A stretch of 24,000 nucleotides of DNA from the NCBI GenBank assembly GCA_003157035.1, contig PMIF01000079.1:70757-94756 (forward strand). Reading direction: 5' to 3'. Positions 1 to 7,747 of this stretch are shown here, one piece after another. Source of the DNA: Rhodocyclaceae bacterium (GTDB taxonomy: Bacteria > Pseudomonadota > Gammaproteobacteria > Burkholderiales > Rhodocyclaceae). The stretch's first letter is position 1; each line of letters opens with the position of its first letter. The position numbers were made by a program, and so were the translations under genes. The notes under the pieces were generated by a model, which saw nothing but the letters and a program-made list of their open reading frames with translations, was not told the origin of the DNA and ran no database searches.

Positions 1-2405
1 AAATCACCGAAGCGATGACGCTCTTGGCCGACACGTCGGTGGCAATCGCGGTGGACGTCCTGACCCGCTCCCTTGCCGGCCGCTACGGCTTGCCCCGCAA
101 CGCCAAGGGCGAAGTGCAGGAACTGATTGTCGTCGGCATGGGCAAACTGGGCGGCCGCGAACTGAATGTTTCGTCCGACATCGATCTCATCTTCGCCTAC
201 CCGGACGACGGCGACACCGACGGCGGCAAGTCGATATCCAATTTCGAGTTCTTCACCCGTCTCGGCCGCCAATTGATCGCCGCCATTGCCGACATCACGG
301 CCGACGGTCAGGCGTTCCGGGTGGACATGCGCCTGCGGCCCAACGGCGAATCGGGACCGCTGGTCTGCTCGTTCGACATGCTGGAAAACTACTTCTTCAC
401 CCAGGGCCGCGAGTGGGAGCGCTACGCCTGGATCAAGGCCCGGCCCCTGTGTGGCCGGCGCCTGGAGGACCTGGAAGCCATCCGGATTCCTTTCGTGTTC
501 CGAAAATATCTCGACTTCGGCGCCATCAAGGCCATGCGCGAGTTGCATGGCCAAATCCGCCGCGAGGTGGCCAAGAAGGACATGGCCGACAACGTCAAGC
601 TCGGCCCCGGCGGCATCCGCGAAATCGAATTCATCGCCCAGGTCTTTCAGTTGATTCGCGGCGGCCGCGATCGCATGTTGCAAGTGAAGCCGACGTTGCA
701 AGTGCTCAACCTGCTTGTCGAACGGGGTCAGTTGACGCTCGACACCGCAGCAGAGCTGGCCAATGCCTATGACTTCCTGCGCCGCCTCGAGCATCGCCTG
801 CAATACCTCGATAACGCCCAGACCCACCGCCTGCCGACCGGCGACGAGGACCAGAAGAGCGTCGCCGAGATGATGGGCTTCGCTTCTTTCGCCGCGCTGC
901 TGGTGGAACTCGACGATCACCGGCAGAACGTCTCTCGCCATTTCGAGGCGGTGTTCTCGGATCCCAACGGCGCCAAGCACGCGCTGGACCGAGTCTGGCA
1001 GAGCACAGAAGAGCCGGGCGACGAATTCTCCCGCCTGGGCTTTCGCGACGCCGATGCGGCGCGCGAACGCCTTGCCGGCATCCGCAACGGCAACCGCTAC
1101 CAGCAACTTTCCGAAGTCAGCAAAGGGCAGTTCGACGCCCTGGTACCGCGGCTCATCGAGGCTGCCGCCGCCACAACTCACCCAGACGCCACACTGTCCC
1201 GCGGCCTTGACCTGCTGGAGACGATCTCGCGGCGTGCCGTCTACCTGGCGCTGCTGCTGCAGTATCCGCAAGCCCTGGCCAAAGTGGCCCAGATCGTCGG
1301 TAGCTCAGCCTGGGCCGCCGGCTATCTGACCCGACATCCGATCCTGCTTGACGAATTGCTCGACCCGAGCCTGCTGCACTCGGCGCCCGACTGGGCGCCT
1401 TTCCGCCACCAGTTGCAGGCGACGCTCGACGACGTCGAGCCGGATACGGAACGACAGATGGACCTGATGCGCGAAGCGCACCATGCCCAGGTTTTTCGCC
1501 TGCTGACGCAGGATCTGGCAGGCCACTTGACCGTCGAGCATTTGTCCGACCACTTGTCCGCCCTTGCCGACCTGACCGTCGACGAAGCGCTGCAGCGGAC
1601 CTGGCGCAAGCTGCCCGACCGGCATGGCGAGCAGCCGCGTTTTGCCGTCATCGCATACGGCAAGCTCGGCGGCAAGGAGCTCGGCTATGCCTCTGACCTT
1701 GATCTGGTGTTCATCTATGACGACGAAGGCGCGGACGCGGCCAAGACCTACTCGCGCCTGGGCATGCGTCTCAACACCTGGCTGTCGGCGCAAACGCCGG
1801 CCGGGCAATTGTTCGAGACCGACTTGCGCCTGCGGCCGAATGGCGAGGGGGGGCTGATCGTCACATCGCTTGACGCTTTCCGCCAGTACCAGCGCGAGGC
1901 CGCCTGGCCCTGGGAACATCAGGCGCTGACCCGGGCCCGCTTCTGCGCCGGAGACGCCCAGGTCGGCGAGGGATTTGCCGCCATCCGCCGTGAAGTGCTT
2001 TGCCAGCGGCGCGACCCGGATCGCCTGCGGCAGGAAGTACGCGAGATGCGCCAGAAGATGCTCGATGCCCATGGCGGCAAGAGCGAGCTCTTCGATCTCA
2101 AGCACGATCCTGGCGGCCTGATCGATGTCGAGTTCGTCGTCCAGACGCTCGTCCTCGGCCATGCCTGGCAATACCCGGAACTGACCGCCAACCGCGGCAA
2201 CATCGCACTGCTCAAGATGGCTGCCGAACGCGGCCTGACTCCGCCCGATCTGACCGATGCGGTACGCAATGCCTATCGCGACTATCGGCGCATGCAACAC
2301 GTCCTGCGCCTCGACAACCGCAAGAGCCGCGTCGAGCCGGCTGCCGTCGCCATGCGCGTCGCAGCCGTGCGCGAACTCTGGCAACTCGTCCTTGGAGAAC
2401 CATGA
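1..2405 (+). CDS. glnE: Bifunctional glutamine synthetase adenylyltransferase/adenylyl-removing enzyme, 5'-truncated by window edge
   Basis: The frame of ORF 15..2405 stays open back to base 3. There are two repeated nucleotidyltransferase modules ([20 protein letters not shown] + [11 protein letters not shown]; [20 protein letters not shown] + [11 protein letters not shown]). GlnE is about 900-950 aa, so roughly 120-150 N-terminal residues lie upstream of the window. The stop overlaps the argJ start (ATGA). Confidence 0.9.
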   Translation, partial: ITEAMTLLADTSVAIAVDVLTRSLAGRYGLPRNAKGEVQELIVVGMGKLGGRELNVSSDIDLIFAYPDDGDTDGGKSISNFEFFTRLGRQLIAAIADITADGQAFRVDMRLRPNGESGPLVCSFDMLENYFFTQGREWERYAWIKARPLCGRRLEDLEAIRIPFVFRKYLDFGAIKAMRELHGQIRREVAKKDMADNVKLGPGGIREIEFIAQVFQLIRGGRDRMLQVKPTLQVLNLLVERGQLTLDTAAELANAYDFLRRLEHRLQYLDNAQTHRLPTGDEDQKSVAEMMGFASFAALLVELDDHRQNVSRHFEAVFSDPNGAKHALDRVWQSTEEPGDEFSRLGFRDADAARERLAGIRNGNRYQQLSEVSKGQFDALVPRLIEAAAATTHPDATLSRGLDLLETISRRAVYLALLLQYPQALAKVAQIVGSSAWAAGYLTRHPILLDELLDPSLLHSAPDWAPFRHQLQATLDDVEPDTERQMDLMREAHHAQVFRLLTQDLAGHLTVEHLSDHLSALADLTVDEALQRTWRKLPDRHGEQPRFAVIAYGKLGGKELGYASDLDLVFIYDDEGADAAKTYSRLGMRLNTWLSAQTPAGQLFETDLRLRPNGEGGLIVTSLDAFRQYQREAAWPWEHQALTRARFCAGDAQVGEGFAAIRREVLCQRRDPDRLRQEVREMRQKMLDAHGGKSELFDLKHDPGGLIDVEFVVQTLVLGHAWQYPELTANRGNIALLKMAAERGLTPPDLTDAVRNAYRDYRRMQHVLRLDNRKSRVEPAAVAMRVAAVRELWQLVLGEP

Positions 2406-3655
2406 TGCCTGTCAACTACGTCACTCCCGCCGCCGATCAACTGTACGCCGTCGCCGGGGTTCGTCTCGGCACCGCCGAAGCCGGCATCCGCAAGGCTAAC
2501 CGTCGTGACCTGACCTTGATCGAACTGTCCGCCGGCAGCCGAGCCGCCGGCGTGTTCACGCAGAACCGCTTTTGCGCGGCGCCGGTGCATGTGTGCCGAC
2601 AACATCTGGCCAGTGGCGACATCCGCGCCCTGGTCATCAATACCGGCATTGCCAACGCCGGCACCGGCGAGCCTGGTATGCAGGCCGCGCGCCTGACCTG
2701 CCAGGCGGCGGCGCGCATCCTCGATGTCGCAGCCGCCCAGGTGCTGCCGTTCTCGACCGGCGTGATCATGGAGCCGCTGCCGGTCGATCGCCTTGCCGCC
2801 GGCCTGCCCGCCTGCCAGAGCGCACTCGTGAGCGACGGCTGGTTTGCCGCCGCGCACGCCATCATGACCACAGATACCGTTGCCAAAGCCGCCTCGCTAC
2901 GGACGACCATCGCCGGTCAAGAGGTGACGATCACCGGCATCGCCAAGGGCGCCGGCATGATCAAGCCGAACATGGCGACCATGCTTGGTTTCGTCGCCAC
3001 CGATGCCGCGGTCAGCCAGGCGCTACTCGAGCGGCTGGCCAAGGAGGTCGCCGACGAATCGTTCAACTGCATTTCCGTCGACGGCGACACATCGACCAAC
3101 GACTCCTTCATCGTCATTGCCACCGGCAAGGGCCGGGCGCGTTTCGACAGCATCGATGCCCCCGGCTGGGGTGAATTCAAGGCGGCCGTTACCGACGTCG
3201 CGCGCCAGCTGGCCCAGGCCATCGTCCGCGATGGCGAAGGCGCCACCAAGTTCATCGAGATTGCCGTGGCCGGCGCGCGCTCGAAAGACGAGGCGAAGGC
3301 GGTCGGCTACGCCGTGGCCCATTCGCCGCTGGTCAAGACGGCCTTCTTCGCCTCCGACCCGAACCTTGGCCGCATCCTGGGCGCCATTGGCAATGCCTGG
3401 GGCAACGATCCGGCGCTGTGCGACCTCGACGTCGGCAAGGTCAAGGTCTGGCTGGGTAATGGAGAAAATGAGGTGCTGGTGGCCGAAAACGGCGGCCGCG
3501 CAGCGAGCTACCGCGAAGAAGACGGCGCGGCAGCGATGAAGCCGGCCGAAATCGTCGTCCGCGTCGACCTTGGCCGCGGTGCGGCCAAGGCCAAGGTGTG
3601 GACCTGCGATTTCTCCTACGACTACGTCAAGATCAACGCCGACTACCGGAGCTAG
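2402..3655 (+). CDS. argJ: Bifunctional ornithine acetyltransferase / N-acetylglutamate synthase
   Basis: In-frame ATG at 2402 inside track ORF 2000..3655; the upstream part is Arg/Pro-rich and overlaps glnE, so it is discarded. 417 aa. It contains the ArgJ-type autoprocessing region [21 protein letters not shown] and the C-terminus [15 protein letters not shown]. Confidence 0.92.
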   Translation: MMPVNYVTPAADQLYAVAGVRLGTAEAGIRKANRRDLTLIELSAGSRAAGVFTQNRFCAAPVHVCRQHLASGDIRALVINTGIANAGTGEPGMQAARLTCQAAARILDVAAAQVLPFSTGVIMEPLPVDRLAAGLPACQSALVSDGWFAAAHAIMTTDTVAKAASLRTTIAGQEVTITGIAKGAGMIKPNMATMLGFVATDAAVSQALLERLAKEVADESFNCISVDGDTSTNDSFIVIATGKGRARFDSIDAPGWGEFKAAVTDVARQLAQAIVRDGEGATKFIEIAVAGARSKDEAKAVGYAVAHSPLVKTAFFASDPNLGRILGAIGNAWGNDPALCDLDVGKVKVWLGNGENEVLVAENGGRAASYREEDGAAAMKPAEIVVRVDLGRGAAKAKVWTCDFSYDYVKINADYRS

Positions 3656-4656
3656 CAAGAGCCCACTACCTGCAGGGAGGAGAGCGGGGGCTCCGGCAAA
3701 TCGTCGCATCGCTCCTGGAGAAATGCCACCAACTCCGCAATCTCCCCGGCGATGTCGTTTTCGTCGCCGAAGTCGTCGTGGCTTCCGGCAACGACTTTGA
3801 GCCTGACGTGATCACCCGAGCGGCCGGCGAAGATGGCACGGGCCTCCGCGACAGGCACGGTCGCATCTTCGGCACCATGTACCAGCAATGTCGGGCAGCG
3901 CACCTTGCCGATCACGGCAACCGGAGCGATTGCATCGAAACGATGGCCGATGGCACGCTGAACATAGCGCAGCACCAGCCAGCCCAGGGGGAAATAGGGG
4001 ATACGCATGGCGCCGAGATAGCGCCGCATCATGGCCGCCGGATGGGCAAATGCAGCCACGCAGACAAGGGCGGAAACATCATCGCGTCTGGCACTGACAA
4101 GCAGTGCCGCAGCGGCGCCCACCGAGTGCCCGATCAGCGCAACCCTGGACGGATCGACCATCGGCTGGCTCTGTAGCCAGTTCATGGCATGGTGGCAATC
4201 CTCGGCGAAGCGCGGCAGCGACGTGAAGTCGTCAGCATCGCTTTGGCCGTGGCAACGGGCGTCGAAGAGCAGAACGGCAAAACCGGCCGCGTGCAAGGGA
4301 TTGAGCAGCGGCAGCAGGGTTTCGGCGTTGCCGCCCCAGCCGTGCAGCACGATCACGGCGGGCGCCCTGCCCGCGACGGCTGCCGGCACGAACCAGCCGA
4401 ATAGCGTCTTGCCGCGCTCCGTGGCTATCCTCGCCACCTGGTAATTCAGCCCGAGATCGGCGGGGCTGCGCCGCTCGCAAATCCTCGTCGGCGCCAGACC
4501 GCGCCGGACAAGATGGCGAAAGACCAGATATCCGATGGCGGCGAGACCGGCGCCGGACAGCACGTACAAGGCCGCGCTCATGCTCAAGCGGTCTTGCCGT
4601 CGTCGCCGACGAGCAGGCGCGTCTCGGCCAGGTATCGGCGCGACGAAGTCACTCAA
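3652..4656 (-). CDS. Membrane-anchored alpha/beta-fold hydrolase
   Basis: N-terminal hydrophobic helix ([17 protein letters not shown]), an HGWGGN motif, a G-x-S-x-G nucleophile elbow (GHSVGA) and a late His (GSHDD). The start is uncertain: TTG at 4656 (TTGA overlap with the upstream stop) or ATG at 4581. Confidence 0.72.
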   Translation of the reverse strand: MSDFVAPIPGRDAPARRRRRQDRLSMSAALYVLSGAGLAAIGYLVFRHLVRRGLAPTRICERRSPADLGLNYQVARIATERGKTLFGWFVPAAVAGRAPAVIVLHGWGGNAETLLPLLNPLHAAGFAVLLFDARCHGQSDADDFTSLPRFAEDCHHAMNWLQSQPMVDPSRVALIGHSVGAAAALLVSARRDDVSALVCVAAFAHPAAMMRRYLGAMRIPYFPLGWLVLRYVQRAIGHRFDAIAPVAVIGKVRCPTLLVHGAEDATVPVAEARAIFAGRSGDHVRLKVVAGSHDDFGDENDIAGEIAELVAFLQERCDDLPEPPLSSLQVVGSC

Positions 4657-5102
4657 TCGTAACGCGCGCGTGTTGAGTCATTGGTCATGGTTGGCTCGAT
4701 AAACGACTTCCATGCGGGACTTTCCCAGGTTCCGAGACATGTGTGAGTATGCCAATATTTATTTGGGATCGGGTGTGTACCAACGACGACCTGAACGGCA
4801 TAGCGTGTCTCTAGAAAAGCCTTGAACGTCGCGATATGGGGGCATGGTGGATAGCCGACAACCATGCCGGTGGCCAAATGAATGGCCCCGGCACCATTTC
4901 TTACCATCTCGTCTGCTGCATATTCAATGTTGCCGCCCGGGCAACCGTCGCAAGTCGTAAATCCAACCAACTCAAGGTCGGCGCCAGCAGCATAGACGCT
5001 GAAAGCGCCTTCTCTGTTGCTCATTGCCCGCAGGCACTTGCCTCCCGCGCAACGACGGTAACGGTCACATATGATTATTCCGATCTTTGTCTTTGAGGTC
5101 AT
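4653..5102 (-). CDS. CGGC-domain-like Cys/His-rich putative metal-binding protein
   Basis: 149-aa ORF with ATG at 5102. Its Cys/His motifs (CDRYRRCAGGKC, TTCDGCPGGN, PPCPH) match my recollection of the CGGC domain family. Hand counts on sampled lines give about 48-52% GC, against about 65% in the flanks. Confidence 0.6.
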   Translation of the reverse strand: MTSKTKIGIIICDRYRRCAGGKCLRAMSNREGAFSVYAAGADLELVGFTTCDGCPGGNIEYAADEMVRNGAGAIHLATGMVVGYPPCPHIATFKAFLETRYAVQVVVGTHPIPNKYWHTHTCLGTWESPAWKSFIEPTMTNDSTRARYD

Positions 5103-5140
5103 TGTTCCGACACCGGTCCGCTGACAAGCGCCTCGACACG

Positions 5141-5704
5141 CTATAGCGGTCTTTTCAAACTGATGGCGCCGCGTATCTGGTCGGCTTCATAGCCGGTCGC
5201 CTTGTCGTCCGGATAGAGCTCACGCAGCTTGGTCGTTACAGCCGGTGTCATCCGCGCCGGCGTGCCGTGGCAGACTAGGCATACATCCTGGGTCGGCAGC
5301 GCTTTCATGTAACGGAACACGCTCTGGCCTCCCTCAGCAACGACTTCAAATTTCTCAATGCCCGCGGCAGCCGCTCCCGCGGCAAGGCGCTGGTCAAATT
5401 CCTCCAGGCCAGCCTTTTCCCACGCATCCGGAACAGCTTTGGCATTGCGCGCGCGCAGGCTTACCCGCCGGATCGCCCAGCCGGTTTTCTCCGAGACTGC
5501 CTTAGCCATTAAGGGAGCGCGCTCCCGACAGACGGAAATCGCATTTTCTGGGCCGCCCTTGCCGATTTCCTCGATCAGCACCTGCAACAGCTTCGGCGGT
5601 AGCGAATTGGCGACCTGACGTGCGTCGTCCAGACGGGAGCCTTCGTCGGCGAAGGCCGGAAAGGCGGCCAAGACCGCCGTGAATAGTAGTGGTTTGAGGT
5701 TCAT
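5141..5704 (-). CDS. Periplasmic DUF3365 / Tll0287-like c-type heme protein
   Basis: ATG at 5704 is preceded by AAGGA 5 nt upstream. The longer track ORF (to 6370) overlaps the transporter gene and is rejected. 187 aa, with signal peptide MNLKPLLFTAVLAAFPAFA, a single CxxCH motif (CLVCH) and an upstream conserved-looking Cys (AISVCRE). Confidence 0.72.
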   Translation of the reverse strand: MNLKPLLFTAVLAAFPAFADEGSRLDDARQVANSLPPKLLQVLIEEIGKGGPENAISVCRERAPLMAKAVSEKTGWAIRRVSLRARNAKAVPDAWEKAGLEEFDQRLAAGAAAAGIEKFEVVAEGGQSVFRYMKALPTQDVCLVCHGTPARMTPAVTTKLRELYPDDKATGYEADQIRGAISLKRPL

Positions 5705-5736
5705 GACAAATCCTTGAAGGAGAGAATGACGCCGCC

Positions 5737-6741
5737 TCAATGGCCTTCGACGCAGATTTCCCTGCGGGCCACGGCAATGGCGGTACGGACGAGCAACATG
5801 ACGATCACGGCGCTGAGCAGGATCAGCAGCCCGCCGCCGAGCCAGGAATAGAAGGCCACCCCGGTTTCGCGCGCCATGATCAGCGTGGCGATGGTCACTG
5901 CGGCGAGAGGAAAGGAATAGGCCCACCAGGAGAGGAAGAATTTCAGGCGGATGAAGTAGCGGAACTGCACCAGCAGCAATACGGTAAAGAACAGTGCGAC
6001 GTCGTAGAGGATGTGCGCAAACGCATCGACACCACCCACCAGGTTGAAATAGGAAATGAAACCGACCGCCGGCGGCGCGATGAAAATGAACAGAGTCGGC
6101 ATGAAGCGCTCGGCCATGCTGCCGTGGAAGATCAGGCGGTAGAAGATGATGGCGGTCAGTATCGGCCAGAAGAACAGGCCGAGGCTGAAGAAGAACCAGG
6201 ATATTTCCGGCGAGGCGTGGTGGATGCCGGCGATGGGCACCAGAATATTGCCGACCACGGGGATGAACCACGCCGGATTGAGGTGGGTGATCTCGTAGCG
6301 GGTGTGATGGATCCAGGAAGAAAGCACGTAGAGGGTCAGGACCAGATGCAGCGAAGTGCCGACGGTCCACAGCCAGAAGGAGGCCGCCGGGCTGACGTGC
6401 AGGAAGGCGATGGACAACAGGATGACGGCGATGGAGACCGTGGGAACGAAGGCCAGCTTCACGGGGTGGCGCAGTTCGCCGAGAACCTCGGCCGGATACT
6501 TGATGAGCTTGGCGACCAGCAGCGCGGCCAGCACGAGGGCCAGGGCGACGGTCAAGGGCAGCAGCAGCGGCGCCATCGAGAAGCCCAGATCCAGCACCTG
6601 TTCGGCGCGACTCCAGGCGATGGTAAATCCGGCCATGCCCATGATCATGGCAAACCAGGAGATGGGAAAGTATTTCAGTCGCGGGCTCGGGGCTTCGGTC
6701 ATTTCTTCCTCGTTATCAGTGATCTGATCGGTTGGCTTCAC
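5737..6741 (-). CDS. TehA / SLAC1 (TDT family) anion channel-transporter homologue
   Basis: 334 aa, roughly 10 hydrophobic helices. Segments align by eye with H. influenzae TehA (ELRHPVKLAF vs EYHSPVRFSF; NPAWFIPVVGN vs HPSFYLPAVAAN; WWAYSFPLAAV vs LWAFSFGLASM). The GTG start at 6741 overlaps the upstream stop (GTGA). Confidence 0.82.
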   Translation of the reverse strand: MKPTDQITDNEEEMTEAPSPRLKYFPISWFAMIMGMAGFTIAWSRAEQVLDLGFSMAPLLLPLTVALALVLAALLVAKLIKYPAEVLGELRHPVKLAFVPTVSIAVILLSIAFLHVSPAASFWLWTVGTSLHLVLTLYVLSSWIHHTRYEITHLNPAWFIPVVGNILVPIAGIHHASPEISWFFFSLGLFFWPILTAIIFYRLIFHGSMAERFMPTLFIFIAPPAVGFISYFNLVGGVDAFAHILYDVALFFTVLLLVQFRYFIRLKFFLSWWAYSFPLAAVTIATLIMARETGVAFYSWLGGGLLILLSAVIVMLLVRTAIAVARREICVEGH

Positions 6742-7130
6742 ACCTTGTTGCGCAGCCCCTTGACCCAGCCTTGCATCGCCGCGTTGGCGGGGGCCATCGG
6801 CGCTTCCGCGAAGCTTACGACGAATTTGTCGGCCAACTCGGCAACGCCGATGGCACGGGGGCGCACGGCCAGCACCTGCGGATTGGGCAGGGAGGGCCCG
6901 AAACAGAAGACGATGTTCATCGCCGCCCGAATGGAGGGATCGATCTCCCCACCGATGCGTTGGGTGTGCGCGTAGTGGTCAAATAGACCGATGAACTGCG
7001 CCTTCGGGTTCTCGCCGATCATCGCCTTGAGATAGCTCATCACGTCGCCAACGTCCTGGCAGGTAGTTTCGTTGCGGCCGACCTCGGCCACGAAGATCGG
7101 GAATTTTTCGTTGAACAGAGTCTGTTTCAT
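6738..7130 (-). CDS. Conserved-looking hypothetical protein, 130 aa, family not recognised
   Basis: ATG at 7130 lies 2 nt after the globin stop, and its own stop overlaps the transporter start. Composition is protein-like, with no signal peptide or TM helix. The coding call rests on operon packing and ORF length only. Confidence 0.6.
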   Translation of the reverse strand: MKQTLFNEKFPIFVAEVGRNETTCQDVGDVMSYLKAMIGENPKAQFIGLFDHYAHTQRIGGEIDPSIRAAMNIVFCFGPSLPNPQVLAVRPRAIGVAELADKFVVSFAEAPMAPANAAMQGWVKGLRNKV

Positions 7131-7132
7131 CG

Positions 7133-7570
7133 TCAGGCTTCCTTCGCTTCGGTGTGATGGCAGGAGCAGGAATCGCCGCCGCAGGAATTCTCACCACGGT
7201 TCATCATGTGCTCGGCGATAGGCAACATTGCGGCATAAAGCTGGCCGCGCAATTCGGCATCGACGATAGTTTCGTCGAGCGCCAGACGCATGCACATCAG
7301 CCACTCATCGCGCTCCTGCGGCCCGATGGCGTACGGCAAATGACGCCGCCGCAGCATCGGGTGACCGAATTTCTCCACGTAGAGCTGAGGGCCACCGAGC
7401 CAGCCCGACAGGAACATGACAAATTTTTCCGTCGCCGGGCCGAGATCCCGCGGATGGATCTTGCGCGCGGTATAGGCCTCCGGCAACTCGTCCATGAGCT
7501 CGTAGAAGCGGCCGACCAACTGGCGGAGGGCGGCGTCGCCGCCGACGCGTTCATAAGCGGTTTCAGGCAT
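7133..7570 (-). CDS. glbO: Group II truncated hemoglobin (trHbO) with Cys/His-rich C-terminal tail
   Basis: 145 aa. It aligns by eye with M. tuberculosis GlbO (YERVGG..., FLSGWLGGPQLYVEKFGHPMLRRRHLPYAI, RDEWLMCM). A GAGGAG RBS lies about 8 nt upstream of the ATG. The extra tail is NSCGGDSCSCHH. Confidence 0.88.
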   Translation of the reverse strand: MPETAYERVGGDAALRQLVGRFYELMDELPEAYTARKIHPRDLGPATEKFVMFLSGWLGGPQLYVEKFGHPMLRRRHLPYAIGPQERDEWLMCMRLALDETIVDAELRGQLYAAMLPIAEHMMNRGENSCGGDSCSCHHTEAKEA

Positions 7571-7606
7571 TGATCATTCTCCTCTGGGTTTCTCTGCATC
7601 ACTATG

Positions 7607-7622
7607 AGCAGGGGCCGTGCCA
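7607..7622 (-). promoter_or_regulatory. Sigma54 (-24/-12) promoter for the globin operon
   Basis: The minus strand reads TGGCACG-GCCC-CTGCT, against the consensus TGGCACG-N4-TTGCW. The GG and GC dinucleotides are correctly spaced. The element lies about 37 nt upstream of the glbO ATG, and a divergent sigma54 activator gene is adjacent. Confidence 0.72.
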
Positions 7623-7691
7623 GTACAGCCAATGCAACAAGAACGCTTGTAGAACATACCGTTAGCCAAACAGGCGCCATGCGTCCTCTTG

Positions 7692-7741
7692 CTATCGCCG
7701 CGAAATACAGTCAATATTGACCGTCTATCGCCGATGGCGAG
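7692..7741. promoter_or_regulatory. Candidate activator-binding (UAS) / autoregulatory region
   Basis: A perfect 12-bp palindrome GTCAATATTGAC (7710-7721) is bracketed by 9-bp direct repeats CTATCGCCG (7692-7700 and 7725-7733). There is also TCGCC-GAT-GGCGA (7728-7740). The region lies about 90-100 bp upstream of the -24 element and overlaps a weak sigma70-like TTGCTA-N17-CAATAT for the activator gene. Confidence 0.35.
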
Positions 7742-7747
7742 TCATTT

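Noticed and set aside
1305-2384. 359-aa ORF antisense to glnE. Similar long antisense ORFs occur at 12272..12949 (vs rpe), 14548..15303 (vs trpE), 18633..19775 (vs porin) and 22045..23124 (vs fadL).
   Set aside because: These are typical stop-poor shadow frames of a high-GC genome. They have Arg/Gly/Ala/Asp-rich low-complexity composition and no recognisable motifs, and each lies entirely inside a confidently identified gene on the other strand.
2000-2401. Upstream extensions of the argJ ORF (from 2000) and the trpG ORF (from 15213).
   Set aside because: Both extensions overlap the preceding gene and are Arg/Pro-rich. The canonical N-termini begin at internal ATGs: 2402, and 15315 with an AAGGGAG RBS.
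5705-6370. N-terminal 222-aa extension of track ORF 5141..6370.
   Set aside because: The extension overlaps the transporter gene out of frame and is Arg/Pro/His-rich. An internal ATG at 5704 with an AAGGA RBS gives a clean signal peptide and a family-typical protein length.
5740-6975. 411-aa plus-strand ORF overlapping the TehA-like gene and orf130.
   Set aside because: It is an antisense shadow of a membrane-protein gene. The translation is dominated by D/G/E/Q/R runs (DGDGDRGNEGQ, GQGDGQGQQQ), has no start context, and conflicts with two well-supported minus-strand genes.
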